A DNA stretch of 64,000 nt from a virus (lineage: Duplodnaviria > Caudoviricetes). The position numbers were made by a program, and so were the translations under genes. Positions 9,822 to 18,526 of this stretch are shown one piece after another. The notes under the pieces are model-generated. The model saw only the letters and a program-made list of their open reading frames with translations, had not been told where the DNA came from and did not search any database. The first letter of the stretch is position 1; the number at the start of each line of letters is the position of its first letter. Location: positions 1 to 64,000 of IMG/VR virus record IMGVR_UViG_3300014205_000015; one strand, given 5' to 3'.

Positions 9822-10184
9822 CTAGGCGGATTCCGCATCGAAGACTTTGTCGTCGAACCACGTTTCCACAAACCCAGCCACCCATACAACAGTGTCTGAG
9901 TCTATTCCGTTGTCCGGTGTCGCTGCATCCGGTTCCCGAGACTTGATAGCTTCGACACATTCTTCTTTGAGCTGCTTGAGCAGTTCAATCTTATCGCAAA
10001 TTTCCATACATTCCTCCCATCCGCCTTCGTGTTGTTCAATCTTAAAAACTCTCTTGTTTGTCCGGTTGTACTCTTGTAGCAGGTTTAGACGAAACTCTCT
10101 TTCGCCAATACCGTCCGGCATGACGTGCCTGCCTACTCGCAAGCGATGCCTAGTTCTCCGCCTGTAAAAAACTGAAAACCTCAT
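9822..10184 (-). CDS. hypothetical protein
   Basis: Follows a copy of the AACACTAATAGGGAAG motif. Confidence 0.65.
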   Translation of the reverse strand: MRFSVFYRRRTRHRLRVGRHVMPDGIGEREFRLNLLQEYNRTNKRVFKIEQHEGGWEECMEICDKIELLKQLKEECVEAIKSREPDAATPDNGIDSDTVVWVAGFVETWFDDKVFDAESA

Positions 10185-10225
10185 AGCAATCCCAGATTTC
10201 CTTCCCTATTAGTGTTGCGGGTGCA

Positions 10226-10486
10226 TTACCACCGTAGATTAGACGTTATTAGCTTGCCGAACTCTTCGTCGGTCATGTTCATAATATCTTCAGTAGTTAC
10301 GCCAGCATCATTTAACGCCTTGCACGCTAGTTGGCAATCTCGCTCGCTGGCAAATGGACAATCCCTATTGTCGAAGTAGTACGAGCGAGTCCCGTCACTC
10401 ACTCGCCAAGCGTCTGGGTAGTTTATTCCTACGTCGTAAAGCGCTCCAAAGTGTGGTTGCCACCGCAATGACTCGCTATTCCTCAT
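10226..10486 (-). CDS. hypothetical protein
   Basis: Follows a copy of the AACACTAATAGGGAAG motif. Confidence 0.65.
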   Translation of the reverse strand: MRNSESLRWQPHFGALYDVGINYPDAWRVSDGTRSYYFDNRDCPFASERDCQLACKALNDAGVTTEDIMNMTDEEFGKLITSNLRW

Positions 10487-10564
10487 GGTTTGCTTCCCTA
10501 TTAGTGTTTAGCGCCACTAGGGACGCTTTAGGACTCGATTCTGTGCTATTGCCTGACTCATGTT

Positions 10565-10798
10565 CTAAAAACCACGGGAATGGTCTTTGGGATAAAACAA
10601 CATGCCGCCGTATCCAGTGGCTTTGTCGCCGGCTTGGCACACGGGGCACGTTTCCCAAGAGAAGGAACCGCCTTCTCGCTGGTCGTGCGTGATGTGCGTC
10701 ATCTCTGACTGGTTCGCCTCTGCCTCTGAATTACAATTCCTGCATCTCCCAGCCCAGCTTAGTTCATCTGGCGGCGTACCCCTTTTCGTGATCTTCAT
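10565..10798 (-). CDS. zinc-ribbon protein
   Basis: CRNC...CPVC; GGAGA RBS. Confidence 0.7.
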   Translation of the reverse strand: MKITKRGTPPDELSWAGRCRNCNSEAEANQSEMTHITHDQREGGSFSWETCPVCQAGDKATGYGGMLFYPKDHSRGF

Positions 10799-10820
10799 CG
10801 TCTAGTTCTCCCATAAGGTG

Positions 10821-11126
10821 TTAATTGTTTTCTTCGAGAACATACCGCAATACACGTAGCGCCCATTGAAGTGCCCCGCGTTCAGCTTCGTCAAACGTCA
10901 AGTTTGAATCGCTACTCACTCGCTCTGCCAAATGGTCGTGCCTCCGCTGAAGCACGTCTAAGCGACGGTGGTTAAATTTGTTTTTGCGTAAATCTCTCAA
11001 TGAAACCAATTCTCCAGAAGGCTGAACGCTCGATTCGGAGTCGCGAGTCGGTTCATCTGGATTTGGCGTAGCTTGTTGTTCAATGTTGTCCACAGGTTTC
11101 TCTCCTATAAGGTGTTTAACTGTCAT
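10821..11126 (-). CDS. hypothetical protein
   Basis: Operon position. Confidence 0.6.
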   Translation of the reverse strand: MTVKHLIGEKPVDNIEQQATPNPDEPTRDSESSVQPSGELVSLRDLRKNKFNHRRLDVLQRRHDHLAERVSSDSNLTFDEAERGALQWALRVLRYVLEENN

Positions 11127-11424
11127 AGTGCTTCTTCAGCGCCTCAGAACATTGTTCGAACAGTTCTTGCGGCCCGAGTACCTCGTCTTCGCTAACCAGC
11201 GTGTAGTCGACCAACCTGTAATCAGCGTTTGGGTCAACTTTCTTAGCTCGATGCGTAACCTTCAGAACCACTATCCAGTCCGTGGTGGCTTCGTCCCATC
11301 CGTCAAATGCTTCTGCTCGGCTGACTGCAATGTGGGCGTTCGCCCTAGCGACTGCCTCCTCTTCAGTATCGAAAAAGTCTATCTCGGTGTCGCAGTGAAC
11401 TGCCCATGATGGCATCTTACTCAT
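11116..11424 (-). CDS. hypothetical protein
   Basis: Probable start MSKMPSW overlapping the upstream stop. Confidence 0.6.
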   Translation of the reverse strand: MSKMPSWAVHCDTEIDFFDTEEEAVARANAHIAVSRAEAFDGWDEATTDWIVVLKVTHRAKKVDPNADYRLVDYTLVSEDEVLGPQELFEQCSEALKKHYDS

Positions 11425-11758
11425 CGCCAAGTACCTTTGTGATAGCTTCACTTATTACAGGGTGCGGCGGTGCTTCTTCAGCCCAGTCGCCCATCGCAGA
11501 CCACTCTCTGCCGTCGTCGTGGGTCCAGAGCCAACCTTCGATTCCCTCCTCGTCGTACATACTGAACTTCTCTGGACAGCCGCACTCTTTAGCAATGAGC
11601 AGGGCTTCGAGCAGTTCAGGCGCTAGCGCAATCAGCTTCGCGTTGTCGTATCGTTGTTCGCCTTCACAGAGGGCAATGCAAGTAGCGTAGTGCTTAGAGA
11701 CTCGTTTGTGCACTGCGTTTCCGTTGGCTTCCCAGGGTCCAGGTGTGTGGTTACTCAT
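11417..11758 (-). CDS. phage early protein of the 'TPGPW...NA.LIA.APELL' family
   Basis: MSNHTPGPW...NAKLIALAPELLEAL; paralogue of 11751-12062. Confidence 0.75.
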   Translation of the reverse strand: MSNHTPGPWEANGNAVHKRVSKHYATCIALCEGEQRYDNAKLIALAPELLEALLIAKECGCPEKFSMYDEEGIEGWLWTHDDGREWSAMGDWAEEAPPHPVISEAITKVLGDE

Positions 11759-12062
11759 CGCCAGTCACCTCTGCTATCAAGAGCTTAGCGATGTTGATTT
11801 CTGCGTATGCGTCAGTCGAAGGGTCGTTGCTTTCGTCGTCTCGTTCAAACAGGTCGACCATTGACTGTAGGCGATAAAGCAGGTCGGGTGCTGCTTTAAT
11901 CAGTCGTGCGTTGGCTTCGCACTGAATATTTACTGACTCTGGTAGCTCGCTATTGCCGCGTGTCGTTCCAATGTACGTCCCGCCAACGCCTGGAATTTGC
12001 GTGTCTTCGTAGATGTCGAAACGTCGCATGACCTTCCAGGGTCCGGGTGTGAATTTACTCAT
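11751..12062 (-). CDS. phage early protein of the 'TPGPW...NARLI.AAPDLL' family
   Basis: MSKFTPGPW...ANARLIKAAPDLL. Confidence 0.75.
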   Translation of the reverse strand: MSKFTPGPWKVMRRFDIYEDTQIPGVGGTYIGTTRGNSELPESVNIQCEANARLIKAAPDLLYRLQSMVDLFERDDESNDPSTDAYAEINIAKLLIAEVTGDE

Positions 12063-12102
12063 CTTCTAGCTTCTCCCTTCGTCTTCTGTGGTGAATTCAA
12101 AC

Positions 12103-12303
12103 TCACATCCATTCAATCAGGGTAAGTGCCTCTTCGGTTAGCCGGCACTTCTTCTGCTCCACGTCCTTCTCGACCAATTCGTCCGGCATTGGGACGATCA
12201 GCTTCTCAAATAGGATTGGCGAGCACGTGCGCCAGCCATCGCCTCTGTCTGGCGAACGCATGAGTAAGTCCAACGTTGCCTTCTGTTCCTGGGTAATCTT
12301 CAT
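12103..12303 (-). CDS. hypothetical protein
   Basis: Preceded by AAGGGAGAAGCTAGAAG-ATG, identical to the leader of 11751-12062. Confidence 0.7.
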   Translation of the reverse strand: MKITQEQKATLDLLMRSPDRGDGWRTCSPILFEKLIVPMPDELVEKDVEQKKCRLTEEALTLIEWM

Positions 12304-12345
12304 CTTCTAGCTTCTCCCTTGGGGTTAAAACCTTCAATCGTCTTT

Positions 12346-12558
12346 TCATTCAGTTATCAAGGAATCCTTGACAACTGGTATCGCTTCCATCTCAACTTCA
12401 ACCGAAACGCACCGTAGTTGGTAGCGACCTCCACAATTACTGCACGCAGAACTACACCCGTCCTCAACATCGTCTGTGTATATTCCGCTATCTCCCAGCA
12501 CAAAGCCCTGGTTGCAGTGGGGGCATTCAAACTCGCATTCAATTTCGCATCTAGCCAT
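12346..12558 (-). CDS. zinc-ribbon protein
   Basis: CPHC...CSNC. Confidence 0.7.
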   Translation of the reverse strand: MARCEIECEFECPHCNQGFVLGDSGIYTDDVEDGCSSACSNCGGRYQLRCVSVEVEMEAIPVVKDSLITE

Positions 12559-12619
12559 CGCCTAGTTCTCCTGTTACTTCTCTGAATCCCGTCTAATGCG
12601 CTGCTTAGGACGCCTGGGA

Positions 12620-13348
12620 CTAAAACAGCAGTAAATCGTCGTGTTGTGGTGCTCCAGCCCAGACTGCAGCGGATTGGTGGGCTTCGATTCGCTCGGCAAT
12701 AATCGCCATGCGTGTCGAAGCGTTTGGTGGTTGGTACATCCCGAATCGTGAGTAACTCGATGAATTGCGGACGGCATTGGTGCTATCTGCGCTGGACAAT
12801 GGTAGCTTGGTGAAAACAGCAGGGTCTAGCATTCTCAGTCCGTGGGACTTCGTTCGCGGCTTACCGTCTACGCACATAACCTCCATAGCCTCTGACATGC
12901 GATGCCACCAGCCATCAGTTCCAACGGTCGCCCATTGTCCTGATGAACCGAAAGCCATTCGCGGCCACTTGCAGAGCCGGTCCAGGCGTTCCAGCGATTC
13001 GTGCATGTGCCAAACCGGAATGCCTTCAAGGTGGCTCGGCCACTCGTCCAGCAAAGCGTCGTTGTCGTCCTCGCTGCCGTCTATCACGTCTGGGATTATC
13101 GCCCAGTCAAAAGCAGGGTGACGATACCACTGTTCGCAGAACTCGTAGTATGGTGCCCAATCCAGGACAGCATGACCGTTCTTCCAGGCGCTAAACGCTC
13201 CGTTGTCGATGCAGAACGACTGACAGACTGCGGCAGCCGTTCCAATGTCCTCTGGGCGGTAGAACGAGATTAGAGCGTGTCGCCCGTTCAGAAATCTCGC
13301 TACGTCTTCGCGGGTAGCTCCGCATGGGGTTCCGTGGTAGTGAATCAT
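12620..13348 (-). CDS. TGT-fold (DpdA-like) base-exchange protein, candidate 7-deazaguanine DNA transglycosylase
   Basis: Motifs IDNGAFS, IIPDVI, IPVWH, FGSS, HGLRM, SADSTN follow the TGT/DpdA pattern; coupled to queD. Confidence 0.7.
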   Translation of the reverse strand: MIHYHGTPCGATREDVARFLNGRHALISFYRPEDIGTAAAVCQSFCIDNGAFSAWKNGHAVLDWAPYYEFCEQWYRHPAFDWAIIPDVIDGSEDDNDALLDEWPSHLEGIPVWHMHESLERLDRLCKWPRMAFGSSGQWATVGTDGWWHRMSEAMEVMCVDGKPRTKSHGLRMLDPAVFTKLPLSSADSTNAVRNSSSYSRFGMYQPPNASTRMAIIAERIEAHQSAAVWAGAPQHDDLLLF

Positions 13349-13713
13349 GACCGTATCACCACTCCGCTAGACTCTGTTTCTCGAACTTCGATACTCACTT
13401 TATGCCCAATTTCCATTTGAAGCTGACCGTGCAGGTACATAGCCAAGACTTCCGTTGTTGGATTGTCTCCAAACTTGTCATTCAGGTCCGTGTGGTCCAG
13501 CGGCTCGCCCACCTTCCCCCACGCTGCCTCGATATCACCGAACGGAATGGCAACATTCGTAGCAGCATCAACGTACCGATGGACTTCCACGCGAATCTTG
13601 TAGCAGTGCCCATGCTTTCGGCTGCATTTGTGTCCTTCTCCGAACACCTGAACGGAGTGTGCGCAATACAGCCGGAACTCCTTGAACACTGCGAATGATG
13701 GTACGTCACTCAT
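13345..13713 (-). CDS. queD: QueD / 6-pyruvoyl-tetrahydropterin synthase family protein
   Basis: CAH, CxxxHGH (CSRKHGH), LDH..LND, NPTTE, ETESS motifs. Confidence 0.9.
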   Translation of the reverse strand: MSDVPSFAVFKEFRLYCAHSVQVFGEGHKCSRKHGHCYKIRVEVHRYVDAATNVAIPFGDIEAAWGKVGEPLDHTDLNDKFGDNPTTEVLAMYLHGQLQMEIGHKVSIEVRETESSGVVIRS

Positions 13714-13752
13714 TCAAACCTCATTTCCGTTGTTAGTGTTATCGCTAAAAGT

Positions 13753-14073
13753 CTACTTCTCTGAGTCTCTCCTAATGCGCTGCTTAGGACGGTAATCCCT
13801 CTTGGGTTTCAACTTAATCTCTGGCAGTCGCGCAGCTCCCTCATGCGCGTTGTGCTCACTGAAGTAGCTCTTTAGCGCAATTCGAATCATCCAGTCTCCA
13901 TCAACGAAGTAGTAGGTGTTTCCTACACACAGAACAGGATGTCCGAAGTGCAGGGATCTCGTAGTCGTGAATTTGCGCCATGAGCCTGCATATCTGCTTG
14001 GATTTCGCTGATAAGTAAGCTTCTCGTGCTTGCAGACGTAGCATCGCAGTCCTGGCTTGATTGAGTATGTCAT
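13753..14073 (-). CDS. hypothetical protein
   Basis: Start MTYSIK after AAAGGG RBS; 3' end duplicated at 12575-12612. Confidence 0.65.
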   Translation of the reverse strand: MTYSIKPGLRCYVCKHEKLTYQRNPSRYAGSWRKFTTTRSLHFGHPVLCVGNTYYFVDGDWMIRIALKSYFSEHNAHEGAARLPEIKLKPKRDYRPKQRIRRDSEK

Positions 14074-14766
14074 GTCTGTCCCTTTCTGCATTTCAGCGCC
14101 AAAACACACAGGACTGACTGGCGCTAAATACCGGAGTGTACTGGATACTACTGATGTACTAACTAAAGCCTCGAAGACCCGGAACCGTACTAAAGTCTGG
14201 GCGCGATGACCCTATGCACAGGCACCCTACTGTTTTTCACCGAAACACTGGACCTCACGGTGCATATACGGGCATTATTCACGGGCCGTAGTGGGCATCC
14301 CCAGGCTGAGTTGCACAGCCGCTACGTCTATTCATAGCAGGTTTGTCTGCTACCGCTTGGGCGCGACCCCAGCAGCCGTTTTGGGCGTCTTGGGATGAAC
14401 CGATAACACGGACAGAGCCCCACATACCGTTTATGCTGTTTCGGCGGCAGACCTAAGCCGAGCCTCGCGCACGGTCGCGATATTCTTTGGGACGGGCTGA
14501 GAACTGCCAGCAATGTGCGGCTGAAGCCCTGAAACACAGAAAGCCAAGATCTTGGGAGATCCTGGCTTCTGCGTGAGATACGGCTGCCTGACGAGCGAAC
14601 CGGTAATAAGTTTAATACGATTCCGACTGTCAGGCAACTGATACTTCTCAAGGCATCAGCCATTTTCTTGTAATCCACTAGGGGGCTTAGCCGGAGCCAA
14701 ACCCCCATCGGGATTGCAAGAGAGTTCAAATATGACAGATTCTCGACCACAATGCAATACTTTAAA

Positions 14767-15000
14767 TCAGGGCGGGCAATTTTCTTCCAGGTTGCCGTCA
14801 AGCTCTTTCATTAGCAGTGCAGTCGCAGCCTTCATCAACCGCGTATCCTGCGATTTACAATGCTGGCAGAGCACCCACGGCGTTACGTTGTCCATGTGTA
14901 GCGATTCGCTGCCACAATCCCAGCATTTACGCCAATGGGCTCTGGGGGCGCCTCTCAGTATTTGGATAGAGCTGGGGTTGGCGTAGTCTGGCTGTATCAC
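14767..15000 (-). CDS. zinc-ribbon protein
   Basis: CWDC...CQHC; coupled to csrA. Confidence 0.65.
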   Translation of the reverse strand: MIQPDYANPSSIQILRGAPRAHWRKCWDCGSESLHMDNVTPWVLCQHCKSQDTRLMKAATALLMKELDGNLEENCPP

Positions 15001-15182
15001 TTTGTTTGTTCCTTTAACTTGTCCCTCTGTATCACGTCGTAGATTTCCTGACGGAAGACTGGGACTTCCTTAGGAGCCGTAATGCCGATTCTGATTTTGT
15101 CGCTGTCTACGCGGACGATAGTAACCTCAATATCGTCGCCAATCATGAATTTCTCACCCTCTTTGCGGCTAAAGATTAACAT
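14997..15182 (-). CDS. csrA: carbon storage regulator CsrA/RsmA homologue
   Basis: MLIFSRKEGEKFMIGDDIEVTIVRVDSDKIRIGITAPKEVPVFRQEIY; AGGAGG RBS. Confidence 0.95.
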   Translation of the reverse strand: MLIFSRKEGEKFMIGDDIEVTIVRVDSDKIRIGITAPKEVPVFRQEIYDVIQRDKLKEQTK

Positions 15183-15258
15183 AGCCCGTATCCTCCTTGT
15201 AAATGTAAAAACCAAACACTCGATGTTTTCTACCAATTTCCCGCAGTCGGGAACAAGG

Positions 15259-15543
15259 TCAGTTAACTGTTGCTGCTGATTTCAGCGTTCTGACATAGCC
15301 TAATCGTCGTAGCGCATCGACCGATAAATCATCTGGCACTGTTTCGTAGTCGCGAATAAGCTCGCCGGTCTCGGCATCAACAATGCGAATAGTACGATAC
15401 AAGCCTTGATGCTGACCAATGCCGTAACGACCGCCCCATTGACCGCGAACCCGAATACTTGCGTCACGTTTTCCTTGCCGGCTAGAGAAAAATGAGTCGT
15501 GCTCGCAAACCATGTAGTCCAAATTTCCAATTGTCACAAACAT
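15259..15543 (-). CDS. hypothetical protein
   Basis: GGAG RBS; operon position. Confidence 0.6.
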   Translation of the reverse strand: MFVTIGNLDYMVCEHDSFFSSRQGKRDASIRVRGQWGGRYGIGQHQGLYRTIRIVDAETGELIRDYETVPDDLSVDALRRLGYVRTLKSAATVN

Positions 15544-15573
15544 AACTAAGCTCCAAAAAGCGTTGAGAAAGTT

Positions 15574-15864
15574 TCACTTGTCACAATAGCCAGCCCTGAA
15601 GTCACTCCGGACTGGAGGTAGGTTGTACGTCTTCACTGCTGCCAGGAACCTGGAACGGGTCGCCCGGCGCACAGTGACGCACCAGTAGCCCGTTCCCATG
15701 CGCTCAGGATGGTTCATCACAGTGGCCGCAGAGATACCCAGGATGTTACAAAACTCGATTAGCGCATCAGATTCCGTTTCCTCCTGAATAGCCTTGGTTA
15801 CGTTGGTCACAAGCCCTCCTGGCAGCTCTCGGTGCGCTGATACTAGGTAGCGGGTGAGTTTCAT
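15574..15864 (-). CDS. hypothetical protein
   Basis: GGAGA RBS. Confidence 0.6.
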   Translation of the reverse strand: MKLTRYLVSAHRELPGGLVTNVTKAIQEETESDALIEFCNILGISAATVMNHPERMGTGYWCVTVRRATRSRFLAAVKTYNLPPVRSDFRAGYCDK

Positions 15865-16010
15865 GGTGCGATTCTCCAGGAGAGGTTATGGAAAGCCTAC
15901 TATCGGTTGATTCTAGCACTGGGGGTTAAGCCGCGCGCACAGTGTCCCGGGGAGGTGCCCCGCCACAGCCGACCAACGAGGTAGCGGGCAGGGCACCTAT
16001 CCCGGCTCGC

Positions 16011-16343
16011 TTAGTCCTGCGTGTCTTCTGCTTGCATCATCGCCAGTTCTTTCAGCTTCGGCAGTCCGCTTAAGAGATCGTCGACAATGGTAGCGCGACA
16101 GGAGTTTACTAGGTCTTTGGTTGGTTTTGGTGCCTTGTACCCGTCAGTAATGCCGACAGATGTAGCGTATGCCAGCAAGACGGCTTTAATGTCTTCGCCA
16201 AGCCACTCGCGCCCACCTGCTATCTTGGCTCGCCATGTATCCTTTAGCGCATGTGTTATCACGGAATGAACGTGGGTGATGAAATCTTCCGCTTTGCGCT
16301 GAGCTAATTTGTCGATTGTTTCCGACAAGCTTCTTTCGTTCAT
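16011..16343 (-). CDS. hypothetical protein
   Basis: TACCCGGAGG leader motif. Confidence 0.7.
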   Translation of the reverse strand: MNERSLSETIDKLAQRKAEDFITHVHSVITHALKDTWRAKIAGGREWLGEDIKAVLLAYATSVGITDGYKAPKPTKDLVNSCRATIVDDLLSGLPKLKELAMMQAEDTQD

Positions 16344-16454
16344 GGGATTACCTCCGGGTAGGGTGTATGCGTTGATTGGCTCGCCAGCCTTCGCCTAAAG
16401 TGAAGCGAGGAACGCGGCGTGGCCGAATGCCTCGCCGCGTGTCCTCGGCTCACG

Positions 16455-17414
16455 TTAGATATGGCAATCGAGAAGCGTAATCCACTGCGTAGGCTGAAGC
16501 GAAGCAACCATCTCGTTAAACTTCTCGTCCCACTGGTCGTCCTCGTTGCTGACGCAAGCCCACCAGCCCATTTCGCCTTGCTCGTACCATTTCCCGTCTT
16601 TGACGACAGCAAAGGCTGACAGCATCGGAGCGGAGTTAATCCAGTCGTCGAGGGTCTGTTCTCCGATTTCTGGTATCTCAAAGTTGTGGGAGTGAGCATC
16701 TGCCACGTTAGCATAGCCCGCATCGCGAAGCCACTGGAAGTATTCGCTACCACGCGGGCGGTCGCTGGCTGGAATCTCCATCCACTTGGCGTGTACCTCT
16801 TTGTGTAGCTGGCAGGCAGCACCAAAGTCCTCGCGTGACATTCCACACTTAGCGATACATTCATCAACCCAATTGGCTCGCCCTCGCTGGGCTTCCACCT
16901 TCATCTTGTCCCAGTCAATATCAGCAACACACGCTGAGTCAAAGCCCTCTGGTATCGTTTTCTCGTTCTTCCACTCCCAGCTTGGTTCGGTCGCCACGGC
17001 GGACGCTACACCGGATTTGACTTGAAGTCTCGCTCGATAGCGACCACCGACGCGCCAGTAATCCCATTTCTTGTTGGGATTAGTGCGGGTTATCACTTCC
17101 AGGACATTGCCATCGGCACCGACGCGCACATAGCCGTATTTGTGCTCTCCCTCTTTGTCGGGATCGGCTGGAGAAACTACAGGCTCCAGTCCATACCAGC
17201 CATTAATCCATTCCAAGAAGCCTTCAGCCGGTTCGGTTGCATTCTCCGTGTACTGGGCATACTCCGCTTTAGCTTCCTCAGTGCGGTCGATTGACTGCAC
17301 GTACTGGTCGTCGGTGCCAGTGCATTCAAACTCATGGTATGGCTGCATGAGTTTGGTTAGGATTTCATCGGTGGGTTCGCTGTCAGTTACCACCATCACA
17401 GAAAAATGTGACAT
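16455..17414 (-). CDS. conserved-looking phage protein (Trp-rich; NP..KWDYW..GGR motif)
   Basis: Long ORF; start MSHFSV after TACCCGGAGG. Confidence 0.8.
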   Translation of the reverse strand: MSHFSVMVVTDSEPTDEILTKLMQPYHEFECTGTDDQYVQSIDRTEEAKAEYAQYTENATEPAEGFLEWINGWYGLEPVVSPADPDKEGEHKYGYVRVGADGNVLEVITRTNPNKKWDYWRVGGRYRARLQVKSGVASAVATEPSWEWKNEKTIPEGFDSACVADIDWDKMKVEAQRGRANWVDECIAKCGMSREDFGAACQLHKEVHAKWMEIPASDRPRGSEYFQWLRDAGYANVADAHSHNFEIPEIGEQTLDDWINSAPMLSAFAVVKDGKWYEQGEMGWWACVSNEDDQWDEKFNEMVASLQPTQWITLLDCHI

Positions 17415-17452
17415 TATTCTTTCCTCCGGGTAGGGTTTCAACGGGTTTAGCT

Positions 17453-17509
17453 GCCTCGTCAGGTCATCCCCACTACGGGATAACTACGCCCACAAGTGAG
17501 CGTTTCGGC
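17453..17509 (-). ncRNA. type II hammerhead ribozyme
   Basis: Minus strand: GCC-GAAA-CGCUCAC-UU-GUGGGCG-UA-GUUAUCCC-GUAGUG-GGGAUGAC-CUGACGA-GGC. Full core (CUGANGA, GAAA, GUA triplet) with stems III, I and II. Confidence 0.85.
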
Positions 17510-17510
17510 T

Positions 17511-17828
17511 TCAACCAAACATTGCCGAGACACTAGCGACCACGGCGCCACCAGTAATCACCAGCCAAATCACACAGGTTTCGCCGTCAATCTTATGCGG
17601 CCAGGGCACGTTGCACTTGAGGCTATTGTGTACCTCGATGGCATTCGCATTGACCACCTCGGTCGCTGACCGATGGCGGGTAAGCAGGTCGACCGCTTCG
17701 TCAGCATGGCAGCCGAATAGGTCAATCATGGCGCTGACGCAATCGGCTTGGTCTGTCTTTGCCCGCTGCCAATCATGGCAAATTGCTTGCAATTCCGCAA
17801 AATCTTCGTCGCTAATGTGTAGTCTCAT
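17511..17828 (-). CDS. hypothetical protein
   Basis: Operon position. Confidence 0.6.
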   Translation of the reverse strand: MRLHISDEDFAELQAICHDWQRAKTDQADCVSAMIDLFGCHADEAVDLLTRHRSATEVVNANAIEVHNSLKCNVPWPHKIDGETCVIWLVITGGAVVASVSAMFG

Positions 17829-17854
17829 GATGTGTGGAGCCTTTGAGTAATTTG

Positions 17855-18250
17855 CTAAAGCGTACCTAATTTCGAGAGTAATTCTGCCACATGCGCGCGG
17901 GTGTCTGCCACGACATATTCATCGTGTAGTAGTAGGTTATCTTCGTCGCACTGGCCAGCGATATCCTGGTAGTCGATTTTAATTGCAGCAGGGAGCAGTT
18001 TCAGCAGTCCCACTAGCAGATTGCGCCCTTGTTCCACCGCCGTGTATCCTCCTGGTTGCACTTTACCATCGTGGCGCGGGTCGATGTTCCACCGCAATTG
18101 GCGCAATCCAGCTTCGACGGTGCAAAGCACATCGAGAACATGCGTTGTAGCCACTTCCTTGGTGGCTCGTGTTAGTGCCTGGACGTATTCAGCCTCAGAC
18201 GCTTCAAGTGGTCTTAACTCTTCCATAGCTTCTCTCCGGTTAATTGACAA
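17855..18250 (-). CDS. hypothetical protein
   Basis: Operon position. Confidence 0.6.
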   Translation of the reverse strand: MSINRREAMEELRPLEASEAEYVQALTRATKEVATTHVLDVLCTVEAGLRQLRWNIDPRHDGKVQPGGYTAVEQGRNLLVGLLKLLPAAIKIDYQDIAGQCDEDNLLLHDEYVVADTRAHVAELLSKLGTL

Positions 18251-18512
18251 ACAAAGTCACGACACCAGCCGCCGCAGCAGCACTAATCACGCACAGCACA
18301 GCCCAGCCCGCGAATTGCATAATCTCGTGTAAGACGCCGAATTCCCGTAGTTGCCCATCGTATTCTTGCTCGATTTCCAGGTGGCATCGCTGGCAAATAC
18401 GAATACGCCCCCAGTAGTACGCGCCTGCTGCGCCTAATGGCTCTCCGCATCGACAGCATTGTTCATGTGGAGATGGGGTGTAAGACTCACTTTGCCACTT
18501 TGGATTGTCCAT
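18240..18512 (-). CDS. zinc-finger protein with C-terminal membrane anchor
   Basis: CCRC...CQRC; hydrophobic tail. Confidence 0.65.
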   Translation of the reverse strand: MDNPKWQSESYTPSPHEQCCRCGEPLGAAGAYYWGRIRICQRCHLEIEQEYDGQLREFGVLHEIMQFAGWAVLCVISAAAAAGVVTLFVN

Positions 18513-18526
18513 TGGTTTGCTCCAGG

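Noticed and set aside
14586-14605. CTGACGAG-CGAAC hammerhead-like string
   Set aside because: No stem II, GAAA incomplete, and on the non-coding strand
15900-16010. HDV-like ribozyme fold for the 15.9-kb element
   Set aside because: Only 6 nt between P2 and P1 3' strands (no room for P3/L3), and no P1.1 GG or P4
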